Notes under the pieces: generated by a model | Seen by the model: only the letters and a program-made list of their open reading frames with translations | Databases searched by the model: none | Told to the model about the DNA's origin: nothing | Position numbers and translations under genes: made by a program | In this document: one piece after another, positions 1 to 8,026 of the stretch | How positions within the stretch are numbered: the first letter of the stretch is position 1 | Layout of the letters: every line of letters starts with the position of its first letter | Source: Pseudomonadota bacterium | GTDB lineage: Bacteria > Pseudomonadota > Gammaproteobacteria > Burkholderiales > JACQAP01 | Direction: 5' to 3' | Assembly (NCBI GenBank): GCA_038040175.1 | Contig: JBBPIT010000006.1 | Span: 19,991-83,990, forward strand | DNA length: 64,000 bases

Positions 1-1
1 C

Positions 2-1027
2 ATCTTTCTGGACTCTTCGCCGGATCGCTGGGGGCGGTTGCTCATGCAGCGGCGTGCAGCGCATCGCGCGGCAAAGGATGGAAAACCTCCTCCGACGCTC
101 ACCGCCTGGGACTATCTCCTCGGCGTCCACGACTCTACGCGAATCGGAGCGCTTCGCTTTCGGCGCAACGAGACCGAACCGTTCCTCGACGATGCGCAAG
201 ACCGGGCTGCCCCGCCCATTGCGCGGGTCCAGGAGCTACAGGCGGTCAGTCTAAAGCTCGAGGACGCGCACGCCGAGGAGCATCCGGACTACGGACAATG
301 GCTGGCCCAGCTCGTCGCCCCCGGCTCTTCGCTCGGCGGCACCCGCCCAAAGGCGGCAGTGCTGGATGAGAATGGGCGTCTTTGCATTGCGAAATTTCCA
401 AGCCGGCACGACACGCACGACGTCGGGGCTTGGGAGCATGTCGTACACAGACTCGCGGTGAGGGCCGGAATTGACGTTGCGCCGGCAAAGTTGCTTCGCT
501 TCGGCAACGAGGGCCACACGTTTCTCAGCCGACGCTTCGATCGAACTGAATCAGGCGGACGAAAGGCCTTTCTCTCCGCGATGACGCTTCTGCAGCGCAA
601 GGACGGTGAAGCGGGGGCAAGTTATCTCGAACTCGTCGAGCTCTTGCAGGCTCGAGGGGCGAGAACGCAAACCGACTGTGCGCAACTCTTTCGCCGCGTA
701 GTCCTCAATATCTGCGTGTCGAACACTGACGACCATCTGCGCAACCACGGTTTCTTTGTCGAGCCGCAAGGTCTGGTCCTAGCGCCCGCGTACGACATGA
801 ACCCTAACCCCGAGCGGAAGGACCACTCCATCGCCATTGACGAGGTAAACGCGAGCTGCGACGTCGACGTCGCGCTAAGAGCGGCTGCCGGCTATGGCGT
901 GAACCAGGCGCAGGCTTCCGACATCATCGCGGAAGTGAGGCGCGCGGTCGGCCAATGGCGCGATGAGGCTACGAGCGTTGGCATTCCGCGTGGAGAGCAG
1001 AACCGGATGCAGACCGCCTTCCGCTAG
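2..1027 (+). CDS. hipA: HipA-family Ser/Thr kinase toxin (type II TA), 5' end cut by window edge
   Basis: ORF 38..1027 stays open in frame back to nt 2 (IFLDSSPDRWGRLLMQRR, HipA N-domain-like). It has GGTRPKAAV, the catalytic-loop-like TDDHLRNHGF and AYDMNPNP motifs. Confidence 0.88.
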   Translation: MFLDSSPDRWGRLLMQRRAAHRAAKDGKPPPTLTAWDYLLGVHDSTRIGALRFRRNETEPFLDDAQDRAAPPIARVQELQAVSLKLEDAHAEEHPDYGQWLAQLVAPGSSLGGTRPKAAVLDENGRLCIAKFPSRHDTHDVGAWEHVVHRLAVRAGIDVAPAKLLRFGNEGHTFLSRRFDRTESGGRKAFLSAMTLLQRKDGEAGASYLELVELLQARGARTQTDCAQLFRRVVLNICVSNTDDHLRNHGFFVEPQGLVLAPAYDMNPNPERKDHSIAIDEVNASCDVDVALRAAAGYGVNQAQASDIIAEVRRAVGQWRDEATSVGIPRGEQNRMQTAFR

Positions 1028-1057
1028 CCGCCTGCTCACATGCTGCGGCGGTACTGT

Positions 1058-1090
1058 CCTCAGGAAACCTCAGGGTCAGACTCGATTTAT
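1058..1090. repeat. left arm of imperfect inverted repeat bracketing the TumE/TumA-like cassette
   Basis: Its reverse complement ATAAATCGAGTC..~10 nt..TTTCCTGAG recurs at 1839-1868, as a 12-nt and a 9-nt perfect block. Confidence 0.6.
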
Positions 1091-1098
1091 CTGCCCCA

Positions 1099-1473
1099 TT
1101 AAGCCACGAGCGCTTCAAGTTTGATCGCTTTAGCGCGGGCGCGCACTTCTTTCATCCGTCCGTGACCGGGATGGGTTTTTTCGGTAACGGTAACCAGGCC
1201 GGCTTTACCGAGCGCCGCAACGTCGCGCGTGACCGCGCTGCGGTCGCGCTTCATCTTCTGCGCGATCGATGCGATCGATCCGGGTTTTTGCTTGATGACC
1301 CTGAACAATGCCAGCCGCGCCGGGGTCAAGACGGAGAGCATATCCGCCGGATCTTCGAAACTGATTACTAAGCTTTCCGGAATGGGCTTGCTGGCATCGG
1401 CGAGCCGTGCCAGCTTGCGCGCCCGGCCAAGGAAGTCATCGAGTCTTTCAATCTTCACCGAAGCTTGCTTCAT
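1099..1473 (-). CDS. winged-HTH (MarR-like) DNA-binding protein, TumA/HVO_A0114-like putative antitoxin
   Basis: 124 aa. LTPARLALFRVIKQKPGSIASIAQKMKRDRSAVTRDVAALGKAGLV is a wHTH segment. Its ATG overlaps the stop of the upstream ORF (ATGA). Confidence 0.72.
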   Translation of the reverse strand: MKQASVKIERLDDFLGRARKLARLADASKPIPESLVISFEDPADMLSVLTPARLALFRVIKQKPGSIASIAQKMKRDRSAVTRDVAALGKAGLVTVTEKTHPGHGRMKEVRARAKAIKLEALVA

Positions 1474-1781
1474 AAGGAACCTCGTTTTAGCAGTTGATGC
1501 AACTCACCCTCGAACAGAGCTTCGATTTCCTCGAAGCTCTCAAACGCGATCTCGGTCACAGTCCCGAGGTAATGCCGGTGATGGCGGCCATGCTGGCTGT
1601 CGTAACCTAGCACTCGCCCGTTGTCCCCGACAAAGATCGAATGATTGATGTATGCCAGGTTGTACCGAACGACATTCCCCGCTTTGTCCACCCACGTTTC
1701 GACCCGGACCTTGCCATTTCCACGGCGGGCGGAGATTGCGTGAACCTCATCGACCACCTTTTTCAGTCGCGGAGCAGGCAT
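1470..1781 (-). CDS. TumE-like (DUF6516-type) putative toxin
   Basis: 103 aa. The His-rich core GYDSQHGRHHRHYLG is recalled as typical of TumE-family proteins. It is 4-nt overlapped with the downstream HTH gene. Confidence 0.68.
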   Translation of the reverse strand: MPAPRLKKVVDEVHAISARRGNGKVRVETWVDKAGNVVRYNLAYINHSIFVGDNGRVLGYDSQHGRHHRHYLGTVTEIAFESFEEIEALFEGELHQLLKRGSL

Positions 1782-1838
1782 GACGGATTATATCACCCCT
1801 GATCGTGGAGTGGGCGCGCAGCCTGTGCGATTAAAGCA

Positions 1839-1868
1839 ATAAATCGAGTCAGTGTAACTTTTCCTGAG
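1839..1868. repeat. right arm of inverted repeat bracketing the TumE/TumA-like cassette
   Basis: ATAAATCGAGTC (1839-1850) and TTTCCTGAG (1860-1868) are reverse complements of 1079-1090 and 1059-1067. Confidence 0.6.
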
Positions 1869-1979
1869 TTTAGATTCCCGCTTTGCGGGATGAAGCTGAG
1901 CATGCGTGCCGACCTCGCTTGGGCCGGCGTGCAACGTCGTCATACCGCTTGCTCAGCGCGAAGTGCGGATAGTGGGGAG

Positions 1980-2127
1980 CGGAGCCTTAGTTCGCCCAAT
2001 TTTGTCAGGCGCCGATTTGTGAATAGAATCGGTATAAAGCCGCATGGGGACTGGCTATGCGGGCGTTTATGCTGTGCGACTATGGCCTGTTCCCGATTGT
2101 TCTTCGAGCCTGGCCGCTTTGATTTCC
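1980..2127 (+). repeat. copy 1 of ~145-bp direct repeat flanking the RHH cassette
   Basis: Aligns with 2846-2988 at ~85 % identity by manual alignment, with two small indels. Reading frames are not conserved between copies. It contains the hairpin CCGCAT-N11-ATGCGG at 2040-2062. Confidence 0.8.
2002..2029 (+). promoter_or_regulatory. sigma70-like promoter candidate inside repeat copy 1
   Basis: TTGTCA (2002-2007), a 16-nt spacer, then TAGAAT (2024-2029), oriented toward the RHH gene. Confidence 0.35.
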
Positions 2128-2281
2128 GTGGTGGACGATCTCCGTCACCCCTTTTCCAGACATCGCCTGGAGAGCCGCATTTACGAGGGTCGGATATAAT
2201 TTTTATGACCAACAGTCATCGTATTGGAAAGCTCTTTTCGTTTCTGGCGCATTCTGGTGCAAGCTGGTGTATTCTGATTCC

Positions 2282-2539
2282 ATGTCGATCGCCGAAAAGC
2301 TGGTCCGTCAGAGCGTAAGCCTCCCGGCACGCGTCGCCCGTCAAGTGAAATCCCTGGCGAAGACCAGCAACACGAGCGCCAACCGCATCATTGTTGATCT
2401 CATCGAGTCCGGTCTCGAAGCCCGGGAGCAGGAAAGGAAACGCTTCTTCGAGCTGGCCGAGCGCCTGGCGCATTCCCGCGATGCGGAAGATCAGCAACGT
2501 CTCAAGGCAGAGCTGGCCCGCATGACCTTTGGCGAGTAA
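2282..2539 (+). CDS. ribbon-helix-helix (CopG/Arc-like) putative antitoxin
   Basis: SVSLPARVARQVKSLAKTSNTSANRIIVDLIESGL fits the RHH beta-strand/helix pattern. An alternative GTG start lies at 2267. The stop TAA overlaps the next ATG (TAATG). Confidence 0.7.
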   Translation: MSIAEKLVRQSVSLPARVARQVKSLAKTSNTSANRIIVDLIESGLEAREQERKRFFELAERLAHSRDAEDQQRLKAELARMTFGE

Positions 2540-2781
2540 TGCCCAGGATCCAGTGGACCGGACTGCCTCCCGCGCTCCGCGACCATCTGTTTGACCGGCT
2601 GCGCGAACGCAAGATCACCGCGGAAGACCTTTACCAGCTCAAAACGTGGCGAGAATCCGATCCCGATGCCCCCGACGGGCTCTGGTACAAGGACTTCGGC
2701 TCGTTCAAAATCTGTGGTGAAGGAAAATACCCGAAGACCTTCTTGCTCGCGGGCCAACCTGCCAAAGGTCAGCCGCTCTGA
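2539..2781 (+). CDS. hypothetical 80-aa protein, translationally coupled to the RHH gene (candidate toxin/effector)
   Basis: ORF with start overlapping the upstream stop. The sequence (KTWRESDPDAPDGLWYKDFGSFKICGEGKYPKTF) matches no family I recognise. Confidence 0.55.
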   Translation: MPRIQWTGLPPALRDHLFDRLRERKITAEDLYQLKTWRESDPDAPDGLWYKDFGSFKICGEGKYPKTFLLAGQPAKGQPL

Positions 2782-2845
2782 GGGCTCACTTCGCGTCATC
2801 CGGTAGAAAGCGCAGCGACATATTCGCCGGTTGGCGGTGCGGGGT

Positions 2846-2988
2846 CGGAGCCTGAGTTCGCCCAATCTTTTCAGGCGCTAATTTTGTGAATTGAATCGCC
2901 GGAAAGCCGCATGGGGATTGGCTTTGCGGGCGATTATGCTGTGCAACTATAATCAGTTCCCGATTGTCCTTCGAGCCCCTTTGATTTT
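2846..2988 (+). repeat. copy 2 of ~145-bp direct repeat flanking the RHH cassette
   Basis: Aligns with 1980-2127. It keeps the hairpin (2907-2929) and a weaker TTTTCA-17-TTGAAT motif (2868-2896) pointing into the 3' end of the convergent 3012-4277 gene. Confidence 0.8.
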
Positions 2989-3011
2989 TCTCTTATGGGT
3001 TAGCCGGCTCT

Positions 3012-4277
3012 CTATTTTGTCACCAGACCCTCGATCCACCTGTCGAGCTCGTGCGGAGACGACTTCCAAAGGCTGCGACGCCGTAGCAGCCTAAGCAGGA
3101 CTGTCTTCGTCAGCCACCGGAGCCGTCCCAAGTCTTCGTCAGTCACTTCATACGAACCACTGTGCACGATCTTCGACCGAACGCTGTAAAGGTCCGCAAC
3201 CGACTTCGTTACCTCTGCGCGCCGCTCGCGGCTTCGGCCCAGTAGTCGGGCGACCCGCAAACTCAGTCGATATGTAATTTCCTGGTTGCGCACAGGGAGT
3301 GCGGCGGCCTCAAGAGCGATAGCGAACAACAAGAAGCTTTGCTCGCGCTTTGGCTCCACGCTTGCCCGGCCAGCCCATCGGAACGAGGTGAGCAGCACCT
3401 CACCGGCGGTCTTCGGTGTGGCTATTCTCGAGAGAGCACTCAAGGCCAGCAGCTGTCGAAGAACACGCGGGTCCTTTCGAAGGTTTTCAAGAGAGAACGG
3501 CGCGATGGGTCCAACCTTTGCGTGAGACAACAACACTTGTCCCTCAGATGACACGATGGCCGCTATTTCACGCGCTCTGGCACCCTCAGCGGGCAGGTAT
3601 AGCCACCCGTGGTTGTAGGGAATCAAGTCTTCAAAGAAATTGACGCTATCAACGGCGGCCCTCGTGGCGACCCGCGCCCGGACCATTGCCGAGTCGAAGT
3701 CACGGGCCTTGACCTCAACGACGGCGCACGGATTACCCCAGAGCTCGCTTTCCTTCATGTCGCTCACATCGCTCCGGAATGCGTTGAACTCGGCGCCCGT
3801 TCCAATGGGCTTCAGGAGCTGCCGTAGGTGTGACTGTCCGAATCTCACAAAGCGTATACCGCCGAAACTGAAAGGGAGATACTTTGGAGCGAACCCGTGG
3901 ACAGGCACAAAACACCGGTACGACAGCGGTGGTGAGCACAGCCGCTTGTGCAGATCGACGAGAGCCTGATTCACTCGCTCGTCAAAGGGCTTCTCCCTCT
4001 TGCGCCGAATGTCTAACGAATGAAATAGCGAGTCCTGAAGGTATTGTTCGACGGATCGCCTCGACAGGTCTCCTGTCGTCGAGAAATCATCGACAAGCCG
4101 CCCAACAGTGGCCGTATAGGCAACGAGATCGGCTTCATCGAGGAAGAGCGAACCCTCGTCGTGTCGCGAAATCCTGAAACCGCTGTGGCCATCTGGGATT
4201 CCCGCTGAGAGGTTCTTGTGAATGCTTCTGATGAAGTCACCAACGTACGCTAGCGTCTTTAGTGATTTCGCTTTCAT
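3012..4277 (-). CDS. HEPN-domain protein (ApeA-like C-terminal Rx4H motif) with unassigned N-terminal ~290 aa
   Basis: 421 aa. The C-terminus has FLLFAIALEAAALP ... ADLYSVRSKIVHSG, giving R367-x4-H372 at nt 3162-3179. It lies 46 nt downstream of the methyltransferase gene on the same strand. Confidence 0.6.
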   Translation of the reverse strand: MKAKSLKTLAYVGDFIRSIHKNLSAGIPDGHSGFRISRHDEGSLFLDEADLVAYTATVGRLVDDFSTTGDLSRRSVEQYLQDSLFHSLDIRRKREKPFDERVNQALVDLHKRLCSPPLSYRCFVPVHGFAPKYLPFSFGGIRFVRFGQSHLRQLLKPIGTGAEFNAFRSDVSDMKESELWGNPCAVVEVKARDFDSAMVRARVATRAAVDSVNFFEDLIPYNHGWLYLPAEGARAREIAAIVSSEGQVLLSHAKVGPIAPFSLENLRKDPRVLRQLLALSALSRIATPKTAGEVLLTSFRWAGRASVEPKREQSFLLFAIALEAAALPVRNQEITYRLSLRVARLLGRSRERRAEVTKSVADLYSVRSKIVHSGSYEVTDEDLGRLRWLTKTVLLRLLRRRSLWKSSPHELDRWIEGLVTK

Positions 4278-4323
4278 CCGAGGTCTGGGTCACGTAATGA
4301 AACAAAAATGCACTCTGCTTCAG

Positions 4324-7300
4324 TTACACTATGACCGCAAACCCGTCCTTTCTTCTGCGCACGCGGCCCACAGCTACCAGCGTGTCGATGATCTGCGGCA
4401 GGCGCTTTTTCCACGGACCGCGACCGGTGAAGTGCGCCGCGATGGCGTCGTCGGCCAGCGGTGCGCGTGCCGCAGTCAGTACTTCGGCTACCGCTTTGAC
4501 CTGCGCGGGCAGCGTGGCCGGCCACGGGCGGCGCTCGCCGGGTTTGGCGGCAACGGCAGCTTCTTCACCGGTGTCGATCTCAAGCTGCTCGGCCGCCCGC
4601 GTTTGCGGCTGGCCCGACGCCGGAATCTGGAACTCGGGCCTCAGCCAACGGATCAGGCCGCGTTGTTCCTCTGCCGCGCGCTCCGCGTTGAGCGCGACGA
4701 GCCGTTCGAGCAGCGCATCATCCAAGGCGCGTTTCGCGTCATCACGCGACACGGACTTTGCTCCCTCCTTCGCCGATGCGGGGGAGGGCCGGGGTGGGGG
4801 CGCGTTGCCATTCACCACTTCCAGCAGCGCCGCGAGATCGCTCCATCCATAGGCGTCGAGTACCGCGCGGTCGAGTTCGTCGTGTAGCGTCTTGAGCACC
4901 GCGACCAGCCCGTGTTCGTGGATGACTTTCTCTTTCGCATTGAGCGCTTCGCCACTCTTCAGTTTTTCGAGCACGTTGTACATGCCGGTCAACGTGAGAT
5001 CGGCGTGCTGCGCCTGCTGGCGCTTCCGGTGGGCATCGAGTTGTTCGGCGAGGTCGCGGATGCGGGTCTTAAGCTCGGCATTGGTGTCAGGGAATGGAAA
5101 AGTTTCAAAGCACTTTGTTTTGACATAAACCGGGTCGTTTCCAACTCCGAGCCAACTACCAGCGGCAAGCGCCCACATGACGTGTGGGGTGCTCGAAAGC
5201 ACGCCCAGCTCGTACGCATCACTTAGCGCAATAGCAACGAGCTTGTTGTCCGGCAGGATCGACGTTTCGAGAAACTGAAAGGTTCGATGTTTCGCGGTCT
5301 CGGCTGTAGCAATGTAACGGGACAGCCCAACAAGCTGTTTGCGCAGCTTGGGATTGGTCTCGCCGAACAGCCACCAATTTCTTCGACGCACCTCCCGGTT
5401 GTTTTGATCGCGCTCCGGCTTGACCCGCTCGAGCACTCGCTGAAAGACCGCCGGAAAGCGTTCGCGCACCTGCTCTGCATTCAGCCCAAATAAATCTATC
5501 ACCATCACGCCGCGTGGCCTATCGGTCAAGTCACGGCCGTTGCGATAAGGACGAACGTGCCGCTCAATCCCAGCCACGCTACCTAGGCCAAGCGCTGCGG
5601 CTTCTTCTTGCGTAACGATGAAGCCTGCACCGAAGAGTTGCACTCCGCGATTGCTGAGGTCGCGATTGCCTTCAAGCTGCGCCGCGCCTACAACGTTTGC
5701 GCCGGTAGTCAGATCGGCGTGTATCACGCCCTGCTTGGCCACCAGCGTAACGTCGATCGCGCCATCACCAACAGGTGTTTCCGCCGCAGAGGTGAGCAGC
5801 GCACCCGCGCCGGTTTGCAGCGTGCCGACCGTCATCGCGATCCTAACCGCCGCGCCGTCGCTACTATCGACCCACGGATGATCGGGAATCGCGAAAGCGA
5901 GTGACAGCGGAGGTTTTCCTCCCAGGTGCCGTTCCAATACGCGCCGGTTGAACGTTTGCCGCAGGCTATTCGTTGTGATCAGACCGAAGCGACGCAGTGT
6001 GCCAGCGCGAATACGATCAGCGGCATGGTTCCACCAATACATGACGAAGTCCGCGGACTCCGGGACCTCGGGCCAAGTTTTGCGCAGCGATTCGGTGTAA
6101 CCATCTCCCAGCGCAGCACGCATAGAAGCCGCACCGATAAACGGCGGGTTCCCGATTACGAAATCCGCCGTCGGCCACTCCGACTTACGCGGATTGACGT
6201 ACTTCTCCACCGGCACGCGCGCTGCATCATCGGGCACGTCCTCTCCCGTGACAGGGTGCTTCTTCGTCGTTTTTCCGTCCCAGCGCGTGATTGGAATGCC
6301 CCGCTCATTAGTCACGTATTCCATGCGGTCGTAAGCGAGAACGGCGTCGCGGCATTCGATGTTGTGAAAATCTTTCAGCACCGGCTGCGGCGGCATGATA
6401 TGGCCACGCGTACGGAAGTGCCACTGCAGGTAGCCGATCCACAGCACCATCTCGGCAATTTCGGCCGCGCGCGGGTTGAGTTCGATGCCGAGCAACTGAT
6501 GCGGATCGACCGATACACCCTGCAGATCAAGTCGGCCTCGCGTGTCGCCGAGTTCGTCGAGCTGGTTCAGTACCTCGCCTTCGAGCCGCTTCATGTGTTC
6601 GAGCGTCACGTACAGAAAGTTGCCCGAGCCGCACGCCGGGTCGAGCACACGTACCTCGCACAGGTGCTTGAGAAAGTCCCGCACCTGTTGCTGGGCCTCG
6701 TTCAGCTTGCCCTCGCCGGCCAGCACGAGTGCAGCGGCTTGGGCAATCTTCCAGTCCTCGCGCAGCGGTTCGACGATGGTCGGCAGGACCAGCCGCTCGA
6801 CATACGCGCGCGGAGTGTAGTGCGCACCGAGCGCATGGCGCTCGGTGGGATCAAGCGCGCGTTCGAGCAGCGTGCCGAAAATGGCGGGCTCGACCTCGCG
6901 CCAGTTGGCACGCGCTGCCACCAGCAGCAGGTCGATCTGATCACGGCTTAGCGGCAGCACCTGCGGGTTCTTGAACAGCTTGCCGTTGAACTTCAAAATA
7001 TCGGCACGAACGGCAGCGGAGAATTCACCGCGATCCATCGCGCGCCAGACTTCGCCCACCAGCGGTATGAACTGCTCGGGCTTGTCCTTCAGGCTTTCGA
7101 GCAGATCGACGAACGCGCGTTTGGGCAGCAGGCCGACGTCCTCGGCGAACATCGAAAACAGACAGCGGCTCAGAAAGCCCGCGACGACCTCGGGTGCGTG
7201 CCCGGCCGCTTCGAGCACGCGGGCCACTTCGGCCAGCCGCTCGGCCACGTCGCGCGTGACCTTGGCGGATAGTCGCGTCGGGTCCAGCGACAGCGGATCA

Positions 7301-7848
7301 AGCCACACCGCGCGCAGCCGCTGGCGGGTGGCGTCATCGCGCAGGTCGGCAAGCTGGATGCGATGCGAGCGCGGGTCGGGAAACGGAGTGTAGGTTGCGC
7401 CGGAGCGCGTGAACTCGGCGTACAGCTCGATCACGTTGCCGACATCCACCACCAGCAGGAACGGCGGGCGGCCTTCCGCGGCCGACAGCGCGCGGGCATA
7501 TTGCTCGGCCTGGCCACGGGCGCGCAGCAGCGCATCGTCGAAACCCTTGCCCCCGGCCTGTTTGACCTTCTTTGCTTCGAGCACGAACGTCGCGCGGCGG
7601 TAGCAGTCGATGAAACCGGGCGACTCGGTGCCGTCACCGTGGCGGAAAGTAATGCGGCGCTCGAACACATAAGCGTTGTCTCGCGTGTCCTCGCGGGCCG
7701 GGTCCGGCGTGGGCAGTTCGAGCAGCGTGCACAACTCATGGACGAAAAGCTGATAGTTCGCACGCTCCGAGCCGCTGGCGGATTGCCAGCGGGTGATGAA
7801 CTTTTCTACGGCATTGTCGGAACGGATAGGAAAACTCATCCGCCCCAC
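4324..7848 (-). CDS. single-chain type IIL/IIG (MmeI-like, YeeA-like) restriction-modification enzyme / N6-adenine DNA methyltransferase
   Basis: 1174 aa. It has an N-terminal D81-x9-E91-x-K93 ([16 protein letters not shown]), SAM motif [14 protein letters not shown] and motif [11 protein letters not shown]. The track start at 7848 is GTG, and ATG at 7839 is equally plausible. Confidence 0.82.
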   Translation of the reverse strand: MGRMSFPIRSDNAVEKFITRWQSASGSERANYQLFVHELCTLLELPTPDPAREDTRDNAYVFERRITFRHGDGTESPGFIDCYRRATFVLEAKKVKQAGGKGFDDALLRARGQAEQYARALSAAEGRPPFLLVVDVGNVIELYAEFTRSGATYTPFPDPRSHRIQLADLRDDATRQRLRAVWLDPLSLDPTRLSAKVTRDVAERLAEVARVLEAAGHAPEVVAGFLSRCLFSMFAEDVGLLPKRAFVDLLESLKDKPEQFIPLVGEVWRAMDRGEFSAAVRADILKFNGKLFKNPQVLPLSRDQIDLLLVAARANWREVEPAIFGTLLERALDPTERHALGAHYTPRAYVERLVLPTIVEPLREDWKIAQAAALVLAGEGKLNEAQQQVRDFLKHLCEVRVLDPACGSGNFLYVTLEHMKRLEGEVLNQLDELGDTRGRLDLQGVSVDPHQLLGIELNPRAAEIAEMVLWIGYLQWHFRTRGHIMPPQPVLKDFHNIECRDAVLAYDRMEYVTNERGIPITRWDGKTTKKHPVTGEDVPDDAARVPVEKYVNPRKSEWPTADFVIGNPPFIGAASMRAALGDGYTESLRKTWPEVPESADFVMYWWNHAADRIRAGTLRRFGLITTNSLRQTFNRRVLERHLGGKPPLSLAFAIPDHPWVDSSDGAAVRIAMTVGTLQTGAGALLTSAAETPVGDGAIDVTLVAKQGVIHADLTTGANVVGAAQLEGNRDLSNRGVQLFGAGFIVTQEEAAALGLGSVAGIERHVRPYRNGRDLTDRPRGVMVIDLFGLNAEQVRERFPAVFQRVLERVKPERDQNNREVRRRNWWLFGETNPKLRKQLVGLSRYIATAETAKHRTFQFLETSILPDNKLVAIALSDAYELGVLSSTPHVMWALAAGSWLGVGNDPVYVKTKCFETFPFPDTNAELKTRIRDLAEQLDAHRKRQQAQHADLTLTGMYNVLEKLKSGEALNAKEKVIHEHGLVAVLKTLHDELDRAVLDAYGWSDLAALLEVVNGNAPPPRPSPASAKEGAKSVSRDDAKRALDDALLERLVALNAERAAEEQRGLIRWLRPEFQIPASGQPQTRAAEQLEIDTGEEAAVAAKPGERRPWPATLPAQVKAVAEVLTAARAPLADDAIAAHFTGRGPWKKRLPQIIDTLVAVGRVRRRKDGFAVIV

Positions 7849-8026
7849 TGCGCGCTCTTGACCGTCCTGGCGCGCAAATCGCGCTTGCGCCGGAGCCGTT
7901 GGCGAGCGATCTGGCTTCTCATGAGCTGTCCTCTTGGCGTTCGGGTCGCGAGCAATCTAGATTATGACGAATGCTGCCCCCGCCGCCCGATCATGCCAGC
8001 AAAGCCGCCTTTCCGCAGCCGCCTGC

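Noticed and set aside
1890-2318. 142-aa plus-strand ORF, and the 67-aa ORF at 2891-3094, overlapping the direct-repeat copies.
   Set aside because: The two repeat copies differ by indels that destroy any common reading frame. The predicted peptides are Cys/Arg-rich and unrecognisable. They are more likely non-coding.
1980-2988. Integron attC sites / gene-cassette array interpretation of the repeats around the small TA modules.
   Set aside because: I could not find the RYYYAAC...GTTRRRY core sites or the internal imperfect dyad symmetry expected of attC. No intI gene is in the window, and the cassette genes are in mixed orientation.
7849-8026. tRNA or att site marking the right boundary of the defence island.
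   Set aside because: No cloverleaf-compatible sequence or T-loop (GGTTCGAATCC-like) motif was seen here or anywhere else in the window. Only a short GCGCAA/TTGCGC hairpin is present.
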